The notes under the pieces are model-generated. The model did not search any database and was not told where the DNA came from. It was given only the letters and a program-made list of their open reading frames with translations. Of a stretch of DNA of 64,000 bases, positions 20,224 to 35,809 are shown piece by piece. The position numbers and the translations under genes are program-made. This DNA is from the human T2T-CHM13v2.0 reference genome, Homo sapiens: NCBI RefSeq assembly GCF_009914755.1, contig NC_060930.1. One strand, 5' to 3'. Position 1 is the first letter of the stretch, and the number at the start of each line of letters is the position of its first letter.

Positions 20224-20505
20224 GGCCAGGTGCAGTGGCTCACACCTGCAATCCCAGCACTTTGGGAGGCCAAGGCAGGCAGATCACCTGAAACCAGGAG
20301 TTCAAGATCAGCCTGACCAACATGGTGAAACCCCATCTCTACTAAAAATACAAAAATTAGCTGGGTATAGTGGTGCACGCCTGTAATCCCAGCTACGTGG
20401 GAGGCTGAGGCAGAGAATCGCTTGAACCCAGGAGGCGAAGGTTGCAGTGAGCCAAGATCACAAGATCACGTCACTGCACTCCAGTGACTCTATCCCAAAA
20501 AAACA
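20224..20505 (+). mobile_element. Alu (AluS) with rearranged 3' end
   Basis: CAAGATCA duplicated; terminal deletion; TSD AG(T/C)AAGTT. Confidence 0.9.
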
Positions 20506-21436
20506 AAGCAAGTTCTAGAGACCTAATGTACAGCACAGTAACTGTAGTTAATAATAATGCATTATATGCCCGTAATTTGCTAAGAGAGGAGGTCTTAAGT
20601 ATTCTCACTGCACGAGCACGCACGCACACACACACCCCCAAAAAGGTAACTATCTGAGGTGATGAATATGTTAATTAGCTTGTGATAATCATTTCACAAT
20701 GTATACATGTATCAAAAATCATGTTGTACAACTTGAATTATATAATTTTTTATAAATTATACCTCAATAAAGTTAAAAAAACAAGGTTCAAGTTATAAAA
20801 CATAGATATGTATAAGGATGTGAATATGTATATAAGCAATCAATATAGGAAAAATACATATACACAAATATATGCACATATACATTTCCTATTGAAAAGA
20901 TGATGGCACCACATCCCTCTGTCTTGTCAAGGCAGTGCTTAGTTAAGAACACACCCCATCTACCACCAGGCAATTCAGTAAAAACAATGAGTGCTTTGTT
21001 TTTATGATGAGAAGGTAATGTATATAGTCTGCCACAATAATTTTCTGCTGTCTGCTTTTTTCATACTTAACAACTACTCTGATAACTCTTTCTAGAACAT
21101 TCTCAGAATTAGCTCTAACCAAGCTCTAGCCCAAATGCCACTTTTACCTCTCAAATAAACTGCTTTTCCTACAGCCTGGACATCAAAAAAGTCCAAATAA
21201 GTGACCAAGAAATGGAAGAACACTTTTGAGTGACTGAGGAAGGGAAGAAATTAAATGAGCCAAGTCAGAACTCTCTGTAGGGTGAAGGTGAATGGGAAGC
21301 GTTGGGAAAAATCATTAGCACTTTTATGAAATGTATACATTTAAGATTATTTGTTGTTTTTGCCAGACTCCTTCCAGGCAAAGCATACATTTATAAATGT
21401 TTAAGTGTATTTTTTTTAAGTTCATTGCAGCTATAG

Positions 21437-21811
<375 letters not shown>

Positions 21812-22802
21812 AGAATTATATTATTATATTATTTCGATTAAATGATTTGACTCTGTTTCTTCTGTATTAATGTTGATGTATCTTTCAGTGCATACTTGAT
21901 ACTTAAAAAAAAGAAAGACTACCAATACCAAGTGTTGGCAAGGATGTGGAGCAACTGAAACTCTCCTGTACCACTGGTGGGGATATAAAATAAAACATCC
22001 ATTTTGGAAACGTTTGGCAGTTTCTTACAAAGTTAAGGATGCACTTAACATATCATTTAGCAAATCTGCCCCCAGGATTTTGCAAAAAAGAGATGAAAAC
22101 ACATCCACAAAAGACTTGTCTATGAATATTCACAGCAGCTTAATTCAAAATAGCCAAAAGGTGGGAAACAACTCAAACATCTATCAGTGAGTGAATGAAT
22201 ACACAAGTTGTGGTATGTTCATACAGTAATAAGATGCTACTCAGCAATAACAATAAAAGAACTGTTGATATACAGAACAACATAGATGAATCTCAAAAAC
22301 AGGCTGAGTGAAAGAGGTCAGATACAAAGATTCCACTTACGTATGCATGATTCTACTTCTAGCAGCTTTCTGGATGGATGGAAATGTTCTGTACCTCGAC
22401 TAGGGTGCTGGTACGTGGATTTATACATTTGTCAATACTCATCAAACTCTTAAGTGTACACATCTTATTGTACATAAATTATACCTCAATAAAGTTTATT
22501 TAAAAACACAAAAAGCAGCCATTCTGTTGCAGCTCATTGTGTAGGAAAGACATGTACACAATTTTGATGTGCTTATATTAATTACAGTGCAAACCGTGTT
22601 AAGAGCGCAAGCATGAAGAATATAAGTACACACCTTCATATAGCCACATCCACAGATTTTCACTTGATATATTGACTTTAAAAACATTTTGAGTCTTTGC
22701 TTAAAATTTTTCAGATACTCAAAATGGATAAAACTGGAAGACAGGTTAGGTTTTGGTTATTTTAACTATTAGTAAATCCACAAATAATTTATATTAGGCA
22801 CC

Positions 22803-23137
22803 TGCTATGGTCTGAACATTTGTGTGCCCCCAAAATTCCTGTGTTGAAGCCTAATCCCCAGTGTGATGGCATTAAGAGGTGATTAGGTCATGAGGGGGAT
22901 TAGTGCCCTCATGAATGAGACTAGGGCCCTTACAGAAGAGGGGGCTTGTTTGCCCTTGTATCGTATGAGGGCACAGCAAAAAGCCACCATCTGCAAACAC
23001 TACTCTCACCAGACACTCAATCTGCTAGTCCCTTGACCTTGGACTTCCAGCCTCCAGAACTGTGAGAAATAAATTTGTGTTGTTTATAAGCCACCCAGTT
23101 TATGGCATTTTGTTGTAGCACCCAAACTTACTAAGAT
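22803..23137 (+). mobile_element. MLT1A-like MaLR solo LTR
   Basis: TGCTATGGTCTGAA start; GGACTTCCAGCCTCCAGAACTGTGAGAAATAAA. Confidence 0.9.
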
Positions 23138-23342
23138 TAACACCATAATAAAAACCAAAAACGTGGCTGCAGGATGTCACGGTGGCTGGGAAGGTGGATT
23201 CTAATACTGGGTCCACCATACTGGCTGCACGGCCTTGGGCCAGCTATGAAATCATTCTGAGCTGTAGCTTCCTACTTTGTAAGTTTGTGAGGGCTAAATT
23301 AAATGAGAAAACCTATGTAATGCTTTTAAAACAGTGGCTGTT

Positions 23343-23687
<345 letters not shown>

Positions 23688-25744
23688 CTATTACTGTTGT
23701 CTCGGGACATTTGGATGAGTTCTGTCTGGGAAGGCAGATACTCCTAGTACAGTCCTATGCCTGCCCTTCCTGAGTTTGCAAGTACAGAGAAAAATACACA
23801 GGAATTACCACCCCCCATCAAATATATATATTCAGATCCACACACGCACCATCAATGTCTTTAGGAATACATAACAGGAGTACCATACAGCTAAACTTCT
23901 CAGGTGGGAGTATCACCTAGTGGATACCATCCCAGTATTCCCATCAGAGGAAAAGGGGCCAAAAGGGATCAGGATTGAAGGGAAGAGGGAGGTTGAAAGC
24001 AAATGAGAGGGCACTGAAAGAAGAGGGTTGGAGCATCACAATTTGAGAGACAGAGACAAATTAGAATTCAGAAGGAGGACAAGCAGGTTGGTGAGGGAAT
24101 TTGAAAAAACTTGATATAAAAATCTTCACTGAAATCAGTGTGTTCCATCTAGGGATATGACACATGAAAGATTCTGTAGCCTCTCTACTCGCTATGCCTC
24201 CCATCAGGCGCACAAATATTTCCAGTGCATAGAGAGAAATTTCAGCCCAATAAAAGAAAGAACTCTCTAATAGCCAGAAGTGTCCAACATTGGAACCAGG
24301 AGCCCCAGGAGTGAATGAACCTGCAACACTGGTGGGGGGCTCTACCCGGAGCCTTAAGTCCCTGTTGATAGAGCAGTCTTGGGAATTGCTGGCTTGTTTA
24401 TTTCTACTTCTTGCACTGATACTATTCTCTTGAGTGTAATACGTTTTCTACAGGCAACTTTTCATTATCTACGAGCAGGCTATTCCTGATGAGTGGTTAA
24501 TGAAGTCTTTATAGAGCAGGCGATACCCTAGTAGTATAGCTAGGGTAGTGTTCTGGCTTGGGAGGCAATTCCTGTTGACTTTCTAACTTCCTGTGTGAAT
24601 TCATCGGGGTATAGCTATCAGTTTGGCAGGAGCTTGAAGGAGAAACACCTGAAAGGAATCCCAGCTTATCCTTAGGATACGCCCCTGGGAATGCTCTGTA
24701 TATTTCTATTTCTCTCCACTTCCATTTTTCAGTGTAACAAGTGAGATGGGGAAGATGGGAGAGACAGTCTTGCCAGGCCATACGAAGTGATGGCCCGGTA
24801 TGGCATGGGGAGTGGTGAGCACAAGGTGAGTGGAAGGAACAGAACAGGAAGTGAGAATGAAATTTTGGAACTTCTAGACAAAAACATTTGCATACAAGTA
24901 TTTTATAATCTATTAAATTAAGTTGGATTAAACACATTATTCTGATGTATCAATGCAGATGACTAGAAATGGACGTACGTGTATTTCAGATGAGTTACTA
25001 TTAAGGACTACGACAAAAGTGTATCTTTAAGCCACAGTTGAGACTTAAAAAAAATCTGTTTATAAAATATTCTGAGCAAGGTGCCTTTGGTGCTGAACAT
25101 ACTCATATTTGGTGTCAGCCCGAAAGTGATTATTTTCCCCTTGCATGACTTAATAGTAAGGCATTCAGTCACCTAGAGGCTGCTTATAAAAAAGCAGCAA
25201 ATGCCTGCGGAGCGCTCCTGGCCCCCCAGCATTCTTCCCAGGTCACTGTCACTGCGGTGCTGGTGTGCTCCCCACCAAGATGCCCGAAAGCAGAAGGCCT
25301 CACGGAGGGCAGCCAGGCTGCCTGTGACCTGTGTGCCATAAAAAGAGACTCACTCACCACCCTACATAAACAGAGGGAGGTTTAGTTAGGAAGCGAGAGA
25401 GAAGGGGAGGGAGAGGGAAAGGGAGGCAGTGAGAGGCTGAGCTGTGGAATGTAAAGGAGCAGCATCAAAAAGGCTCAGTCCTGAGCTATCACTTCAGCAG
25501 GAAACTCGTATGGCCCCCAGAAGCTCTTCTGGGGACACTCAGGGGACCAGTGTCCCCAAAAGAGCTTCTGGGGGCCATATAAGGGGAGGATGTAGTAACT
25601 TGATCATGTGGTCTTATCACACTGGCCCCCAGAAAGGATGTCAGGGCTCTCAGGGCAGAAGGCTTTCCTGATGTGAATAGCAAACTCAAGCTGGACAAAT
25701 TTTGGCCCAATTTCTCTGATTTCAGAACTTGACTTAAGATCTAA

Positions 25745-26040
25745 TGCTGCCTCCTCAGAGAGGCCTTTTCTTTCCGATCTAAGCTACACACCGCCTCCCA
25801 TCATTCTCTATCACCTTAGCCTAACATTGTTTTTATAGCCTTTATCACAATCTAAAGTTATCTTGTATATCTGTTTACTTATCTGTTGCCTCAGCCTCTA
25901 GGCTGGGATTTTGCAGAGGATGGGTGCCATGTTTTGTTAAACACTGCTCTGTCCTGATGCTAGAACAGTACCTGGCCTGGAAGAGGCACTCGAGACTGGA
26001 TAAATGAATAAACAAAGGCTCAAATGAGTGAATGGATGCA
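25745..26040 (+). mobile_element. L2 3' fragment
   Basis: CCTCCTCAGAGAGGCCTT...CTAGAACAGTACCTGGC...AATGAATAAA. Confidence 0.7.
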
Positions 26041-26807
26041 CTAAAGAAGTAGGCCAGGAAATGTTGCTTTGAGGGATGTATGGAATAGATGAACAAAGAA
26101 AAAAAAGAAAGAAAAGAAAAGGAAAAAAGAGATCAGCTTGTTTGTAACCTGCAACCACCTACTGCCTGCCAAGTCTTCCTGCCACTCCCATGCTACCCAG
26201 CCACCCTCCAGGTTTAAATGCAAAAACCTGCTTTGCAAGATATCTAGTGGCAGTTTGTTGAGGACCCAGGGAGCAGTTCCCTCAAACACTACTACTGGTG
26301 ATCTTAGATTCAGGAGGGCTGAGGATGACTAAATTTGTATTTGCAATTCAACCATAATCTAGCCCAGAAATTCTTGACATACTGGAATCTCTGGGAGAAA
26401 GGACAAGTAAAGAAGTATATAGAGCTTAACATGACCCAGATTCTAACTGCTTTGTTTGCTTTGGGACTTTTAACACTTTTTAAGCAGAAGTATGTTCAAA
26501 AAGGTTAGAAAGTAATCTAAATAATGCAGTCAGCAGTCAGACAAGATTTATAGAAAATCTTAATAAGAAGAGAGAGTCAAGGGTTAATCTAAAACTTGGA
26601 GCTCTAATGTCCAGGAGGGCAGTGGTTTTTATTGATCATGGGGAACTGGGGAAGCTAATTTGGGACATGACACTAAGCATAACTTGAAATTTGCTGAAGT
26701 TCAGATGATAGCAAGATATGCTGCAAGATTGCAGTAGCCTGTAAGTAAGCCAGTAGAAAGGTAAGAGTTAGAGCCACTAATAAGAACCTTATACAAAATC
26801 TGTATAA

Positions 26808-27320
26808 TGTGGTATAATGGAGACCATAGATCTAGTTTTCATTCCCTGTTCCTGGGGCAGAACTTCAAAAGCCCTTGGAACTTCCTGAATGACAGGAATT
26901 ATTATGCTAATGAGGTGATCCATGGTGGCCCCTAGGTAGCTTCAAGATGGGGGCTGGTCACCAGAAAGACCAACTGTGTGATTACAGTGTTGGAATTCTT
27001 AGCCAGTCCAACCTCCAGGGAGAGGAGGGGACAGGTAGAGACTGAGTTCAATCTTGTGGCCAGTGATTTAATCAATCATGTCTATATGATAAGGCCCCAG
27101 TAAAATCTCTGGACACCGAGGCTCAGTAGAGCTTCCTGGTTGGTGAACAACTCAGTGATATCCTGGGAGGGTGATGTGCTCAGATTCCATGGAGGAGGGC
27201 ATGGACACTCTCCATCTGGGACCTTCCCAGACCTTACTCTATAAGTCTCTTCCATTTGGCTGATCTTGAGTTGTATCCTTTATAATGAGACTGTAATCAT
27301 AAGTATAGTGGTCTCCTGAG
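26808..27320 (+). mobile_element. MER21-like LTR, 3' truncated
   Basis: GGGGCTGGTCACCAGAAAGACC and AGCTTCCTGGTTGGTGAACA blocks. Confidence 0.75.
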
Positions 27321-27529
27321 CTCCCACTCTTACCATGTGAGATGCCTGCTCCCCCTTCACCTTCCACCATCACTGTAAGCTTCCTGAAGTTTCCCCAGAA
27401 GCTGAGCAGATGCCCGGTGCCACGCTTCCTGTACGGCCTGCACAACCATAAGCCAATACACTTCTTTTCTTTATAAAATTACCCAGGATCAGTTATTTCT
27501 TCATAGCAATGCAAGAATGGCCTAATGCA
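27321..27529 (+). mobile_element. MST (MaLR) LTR 3' half
   Basis: CCATGTGAGATGCCTGCTCCCCCTTC...GAATGGCCTAATGCA. Confidence 0.85.
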
Positions 27530-27989
27530 AAGAGCCTGTACACATTGCTTGTATATGCACATATGCATTACACAATAGTTGCCAGGATATATAGGGAATT
27601 TCAGAGGCCTACCTTCAAGTGGGAACATTATTGAATTTTATATTTTATTTCTTACCATTCTGAGTCATTAACTGTCAGTAATTAAGGAATTCTAAATGTT
27701 ATAATGGATAATAATTTTGCTTACACCTTATTCAAGAAATGTAGAGTAGGATGATCACTCTTGTATGTGACATTAAGTATATGTATCACAGCCACTTAAT
27801 CAAAACTAAAAAAAATCTAATCTTTAAACTTTAATATGTGAAATTACAGGCTCTGAGGAAATCTAGAAAAATTACATCTCTGTTTAATTCTTGAAACTCT
27901 TTATTCCTTTAATTTTAAGATGTCACTAATTTTAAGATGATGACAGACTTTGGGGGAGCTGGGGAGAAAAGGAACACCTGCTCATGAAA

Positions 27990-28425
27990 TACAGATGCTC
28001 CTCGACTTACAATGGGGTTACATCCCAATAAACCCATAGTAAGTTGAAAATACCAGATGTTGAAAATGCATTTAATACACCTAACCTACCAAACATCATA
28101 GCTTGGCGTAGCCTACCTTAAGCATGTCCAAATACTTACCTTATCCTACAGTTGGGCAAAAATCTTCTGGCAATGCAATACACTGTTGAGTATTAGTTGT
28201 TTAGCCTTGTGATTGCATGGCTGATTGGTAGCTGTAGCTCACTGGTGCTGCCCAGCATCCAGAGAGATTACCGTACTGAATACTCTACAGAATATGGTAT
28301 TGCTAGTCCAGGGAAAGAGCAAACTTCAAAATTTGAAGTACAGTTTCCACTGAATGCATATCACTTTCACACCACTGTAAAATTGAAAAATCATTAAATT
28401 GAACCATCATAAGTCAGGGATATTT
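27990..28425. mobile_element. TcMar-Tigger DNA transposon fossil (MER82-like)
   Basis: TA-CAGATGCTCCTCGACTTAC start and a degenerate inverted end ATAAGTCAGGGATA. Confidence 0.8.
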
Positions 28426-29807
28426 ATACAGTGAAGTATAAATATCCACTGTAAGATATTATTCCGCTTCAGCAAAGGGAGCATGTAAAAAAATTGAGTG
28501 CACCTTATATTTCAGAAAATACAGTAATATGGTAGGAATTCAGATTGTCTTTACTTCTTTTTAACTTTCAGATGATTTGCCTTAAATGTGTTGAATGTAA
28601 TCACTTTTACCTTACACAATTTTCTTTTCCAAAAATATGATGGTCTGAAAGCAGAACTGTATTTATAATAAAATGTCCAGATTGGGGGTAAAGTGGCTGA
28701 GATAAGACAAGGGCCAATTTCATTCTACAATAAGCAGTCTGAAAAATTTTTAAAAATACTTAATTTTCTATATTAACTGAATTTTGGAAGGCAGTTTTTC
28801 ACTAACCACATCTTAATACATTATAGACTAACAGAAACCAGCTTTTTCTCATATATACATGTAAAGTGCAGGCCTTCTATGGAGCAAGGAGACTTTATTC
28901 TCCCATTGGGCACCATTTTACTGTGTGGAGAAAATCACTGAGAAAAAGACACCGTCATCAAGCCTATACAGTATCAGCTTAATGGACATGAAAATACGGG
29001 GAAACAGGAATAATGTCAAAGGATGTAAATACTCAGAGTGATTCACATACAGAAGCGGGTGGCAAAGAACAGAAACACCGAGGCCTCTCAGGGCAGCAGC
29101 TCATGGAACGGCCCCTGATCCCGATGCAGCAAGGGATGGATGGTGGGTCGCTTTGCCAGCAGCCACCTGCAACCCTAGGGCTTCTAGACAATGGCATCAC
29201 GTCCCATCTGTACCCTAGATGGCTGGCCCAAAGGACGCAGTATCCACAAAATTCATGATTATATTTTTATGGCTCTGTGAATGAAAATTCCCTCATAACA
29301 AGTAAGTCAATCTTCTCTCTTTCTGATCTTGAACTTTCTTTGGGTTATCTATGTGAATTTAGCAAACCACCCAGTGCAAGAAACGGCGCTATTGAGTTCA
29401 GATGGTGAATCACAGCCTTGCTTAGACCAAGAGACTAAGAACGCTACAAGCAAAGTGTGCGGTCCTTACCCAAGCCTAAGCAATCTAGCTAAGCTTCGCC
29501 TTAACTTGCTAGAAACATGCTGAAAATAGGTTGTATGATCGGGCTTTGATCGAAGTAAGACTTCCACTCTGATGAGGTCCCTCTCTTCAGGAGGTTTAAG
29601 TCACCAACATTTAAAAACAAACCTATCCACGTATTATGAAAAAAGGGTGTTGTAAAATCTGAAGTGAAGAACATTCTGCCTTTCAGTAGATGACCTAATT
29701 AATACAATACCATGATAGATGCCTGATAAATACTTCTGGAGATGATGCTGATTATTTTATAATGCTGTCCAAAAGTGAGTAGGTGTTAGGTCAAGGGAAA
29801 AAATATA

Positions 29808-30445
<638 letters not shown>

Positions 30446-30921
30446 GTATTTATAAATGGTGTAATTAAGTTACTTAGTACTGACATGGGAGCTTTCATGT
30501 TGAATTGTAAGTCATTATGTAAATATTAACTATGTATCAAAATTCTTATAACAAAGCAGGCTATGGCATTTGCTTTGAGTCACTGTTGAAGAACAAGCTC
30601 TGTGACTTTGGAAAATGATGAAACAGAACTCATCTTCCTTACTCCCCACTGTCCTTGAGTTAATAATGGTTAATAACACTGACATTGCCATTCAGGACTT
30701 ACATTGTACTTCAGCAGTTAAGTGATTTATAGTACAATACTGAGCTTGTAATGAAAACAATCACTATTTTAGTTATTATAAAAAATGTCTATGAGACCAT
30801 GAAAGGCATTTTTATCACAAGTTTACAACAGAATCTTTCAAAGGTGATGGCTACCTGTGCATCTAATGACTTGGGCTAAAGAAGCCTGCAAAGCAGTGTA
30901 GCCATCTCTACATCTAAATGG

Positions 30922-31390
30922 TGCAGGGCAGGTGAGCCCCAAAGTGGGACTTAGCCCACGAGGGTTCTTGGCTTTGCCCAGGAAAGAATTCAAGGGCATG
31001 CTGGAGGTAGACAAAAACAGCTTAACTGAAGCAGCAGTGTTATACCTCCATGACTGCTCCTGCAGATCTGGGCAACCCCATAAGCAGAGAGGAGCAGCTC
31101 AGGGCAGCTTTGCAGTCGTATTTATACCCACTTTTAATTATATACAGACTAAGGGATGGTTTATGCAGAAATTTCTAGGAAAGGGTTAGTAACTTTTGGG
31201 TCATCGGATCATTGCCATGGAAAGGAGCGATAACGCCCGGGTGTTGACATGGCAATGGTAAACTGACATGGCACACTGGTGGGCACGCCTTATGGAAAGC
31301 TGCTTCCACCCTGGTCCTGTTGTAGCTAGTCCTTAATTTGGTCCAGTGTCTGAGCCCCGTCTCCAGAGTTGAGTCCCACCTCCTACCTCA
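30922..31390 (-). mobile_element. ERV1 solo LTR (MER66-like)
   Basis: Minus strand TGAGGTAGGAGGTGGGACTC...CCTGCCCTGCA with TG..CA termini. Confidence 0.75.
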
Positions 31391-33783
31391 TAAAGGCAAG
31401 GTTAGTGAGTGGAACAGTTAACACTAGTTTCAGAGGCTCTTTAGGCAGCTCAGAACAAGCAGGTCCAGTCCTAGGCTATTCTCAGTTGCCTCTCTAGGTT
31501 ATCAACGCCATCCTTTGAGAGTCAAGGATGTGTCAACCATCGAGAGAATGACTTATGTGACAATCAAACCCTCATCCTGTCAGATAATCATGCATTTTTT
31601 TTTTCCAAGGGCAATGGAAAGTGAGCAAACTCTTCAAGATGAGTTGATTGCATTAGTCTTTTTAAAAAAGTTAAGTACTCTTAAGACGACGGCAAGGAGT
31701 GGGGGGAAAAGTTAAGTACTCTTTACGTGACCCAGGAGTAAACGAGATCCTTTTGGCAAACCTCAGAATGTTGGATGGTGTTGACGGCATGGACTGGGCA
31801 ACCGGGAAACCATGTGCTAACTGGCTGCTTCATCCCTTTTTCCTTTTCTGCGTCTGCCAGGTGGGGCCCTGAGTTCGGAGCACGTCTGGCTCTCTGCGGC
31901 ATCCTGCCTGTTATCTCTGTCTGGCAAACAACCACTCCGTGCTCCCAGAACTTCGGAGCCTTCCAGGGCACTGGGGATGAGTCATTCTCAGCTCACTGTG
32001 CCAAAGGTCTTTTTGGCCGAGGGACTGAGGAAGACCATTGTTGTGGCTGGCTGTTATCTCTCGAGCCGACTCCACTTGGCAGAGGCACAAGTCCATCTCT
32101 CTGGTGTGGAACAAGGCGCTGGGCTCTAGATGAGTCAACACGCTAATAAACAAGAGGCATGGAGGAAATAGCAGCCAGTCTTGAAAACAAAAAAAAAGAA
32201 ACATTTTGAAGTGTACTGGATGCCGAGATGTTTGTCCTCCATGGTGCAATCCTGCTTTATCTCACTCCACAGCCTTCCTATCAAAGAAATGGGGAAGTTA
32301 ATAGTTTATCAAATGTGAATCGGCTGTAGTGTTTATGCATAACTTACATAGCACGGAAAGTATTTTTTGGTGCTGGGGGTACTGTTTTCTTTCATTGCAA
32401 ATTTATATCTTTGTCATTCATCTCCCTTTTTGTCAGACTACATATTTTAGGAAGTCTTCTGTCTACCAAGAGGTTTATTGTCTCCTGAACTTATCCCCAT
32501 GCCATCAGGGAAACCACCCCGACGGTGGCTCGGCAGTTCCCGGAGTGAGATAAAAAACAGCAAGCTTTCCCCTAATGTAGACAGAGAAGCAGGATGGAAA
32601 CCCTGCTCTGGGGAAGGTCCTGTCTCTGAAGCAGAAGACCAGGGCAGAGGGAGAGCATGCTGTACCACACATGTGTTCCCTGCAAGCACAGCGTGGTGCT
32701 GTCAAGTAAACACTGGCCACAGCAACCAAGCAGCAGCAAAGCCCTGCCTCTCAGCACCTGCGTGGGTCACTGTGATGGCTCACACCAGGTGCACCAACAC
32801 CTCACTCTGGTGATTTAGCAGGAACCCACAGATTCCACATGAGGCGGGAGCTCAACTGTTGAAAACACAGTGTGTCGCCATTAGGATTCTTGGGGAAATG
32901 CAGGTGGAGGAAGCCAACTCTAGTCCCAGGGCAACTTTTGCTTCCAGAGATCCCAAATGCACAAGAGTGTTCCCTAAGCTTGCTCTGGATGGAACGCAAG
33001 GGACACAGGACTTCCTAGGGTGACTCACAGACACCTTGTAATAATCCTGTGTTGACAGTCATAAGAAGGTGACCGTACCTCTGTTTCCTCCAGAAAATCC
33101 TGGTTTTGTCCTACTGTATGTATTAGTGACACCCACTTTCATGCTCAAAAGGTGTTTTCATGTGGATGACAAATGCTCCTCTTGTCAGTCCACTCCCTCA
33201 TGGAACTAACGATCAGCTTCACTGATGCCACAGCTGCACTATTAGGGCCACTTTCCACCTGCACTTTGTTTCAGCAAATGCCTGTTAAGCACCCGTGGGG
33301 CATCCCTTTGCCTCCCACTGTGCTTGGCAAACAGGACAACATGAATAGATGGTCCTCACCACAAGCCTTAGTCTAGTCAGAGAGACAGACACCTCAATAG
33401 ATGACTACACAGCCCTGTGTTAAATGTGACAGCAGAGGCACGCACAAAATAGGACCGCAGTGTCTCCCCTCAACGTCAGTTTACCATCCGCTCACTTGGA
33501 GAGTTATCTAGGGGATGTCCCAGCTTGCAAGTGGGGACAGCAGTGCTGGCATCAGCAGTGTGAGCAGACAGAAACTCAGAAAGCCATGGAGTAGGCGTGT
33601 TTCTTGCTGTGCTTTGGGAAGCGTCATCAGCATCTGGAGAGCAGAGTGTAAACGGGGACACAGAAGTGCTCACTTTTTCCCCTAAAGATATGCACAATTT
33701 TGTAATTTAAATATTTACTTCTGTTAGTGCTTAGCTACTACAGAATGCAAAATAAATCCACTCTAAAGAAGCTAAGATCCAGG

Positions 33784-34706
<923 letters not shown>

Positions 34707-34917
34707 CTAGGCATGGAGTTTAGGATTAGAAAGGAAAACTTCTGCTGATTCTATTTTTACCCATGTCCACTGGAGGCAGACCCTCCTCTCAGCAGTCTTT
34801 AGCACTGATGCAAAATTTGTAAAGTATTGAGTTTTCTCATTATCTTTTGAGTGGCTGCGTGGACATGCCTGCATTTTTAAGCTTTGTTCATTTCATGCAC
34901 TTTCTACGTAGAACATC

Positions 34918-35328
34918 TGATATGGTTTGGCTCCATGTCCCCACTCAAATCTCATGTTGAAATGTAATCCCCAATGCTGGAGGTAGGGCCTGGCAGGAGG
35001 TGATTGGATCATGGGGGTGGTTTCTCATGGTTTAACACCACAGGGCCCTTAGTGCTTTTGTTGCAATAGTGAGTGCTCATGAGATCTGGTTGTTTAAAAG
35101 TGTGTGGCACCTCCCCCTTCTCTCTCTTGCTCCTGTTCTGGCCATGTAAGACATGCCTGCTCCCGCTTTGCCTTCTGCCATAATCGTAAGTTTCCTGAGG
35201 CTTCCCCAGAAGCTGAGTGGATGCCAGCATCATGCTCTGTGCAACTGTGGGCCAATTAAGCCTCTTTTCTTGATCAATTACCCAGTCTCAGGTATTTCTT
35301 TACAGCAATGCGAGAACAGACTAATACA
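34918..35328 (+). mobile_element. MSTA/B solo LTR
   Basis: TGATATGGTTTGG...CTAATACA with a perfect 5-bp TSD ACATC (34913-34917, 35329-35333). Confidence 0.95.
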
Positions 35329-35352
35329 ACATCCCTCTCCCTCTTTTTCACT

Positions 35353-35809
35353 TGTTGAAAGGTGCCAATCCAAAGAACAAACAGAGAGGGAGACTCTCTA
35401 AAAGACAATTACGTTTATTTGGGAATAGGGCGTTGTAATGGGAATATGCACGCCATAGTCAAGTGTGTGCGAATTCAGGGAGATTAATTTAAAAGGCTTT
35501 TAAAGGAAAATGAGGATTACATAATTGTTTTGAGATAATTATCCATGGCTACAAGGATTAATAGCAAGGATAGTGCCAGTCTGAGGCTAGACAGGCAGTT
35601 GCTAGGCAGACGTCTTCACAGAAGTGTTTTTGTGTGTGTTAGGGTTGCAAGGGCCTTTGTACAAGGTTGTGGTTTTTGCAAAGTCTTTTGTGGTAGTTCT
35701 TGTTATCAGGCATTCATGCATGAGTGCCCTGCATTCATGGCCTTCCTCAGCTCTATTTGTCAGGGCTTTTAACACAAATGACTCCATTTTGATCCTGACA
35801 ACTTTCACA
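35353..35809 (-). mobile_element. ERV1 MER4-group solo LTR (MER67-like)
   Basis: Minus strand starts TGTGAAAGTTGTCAGGATCAAAATGGAGTC. Confidence 0.7.

Noticed and set aside
29565-29600. CTGATGAG followed by a weak stem, hammerhead-ribozyme-like (also at 34605)
   Set aside because: No GAAA after the putative stem II and no convincing stems I or III
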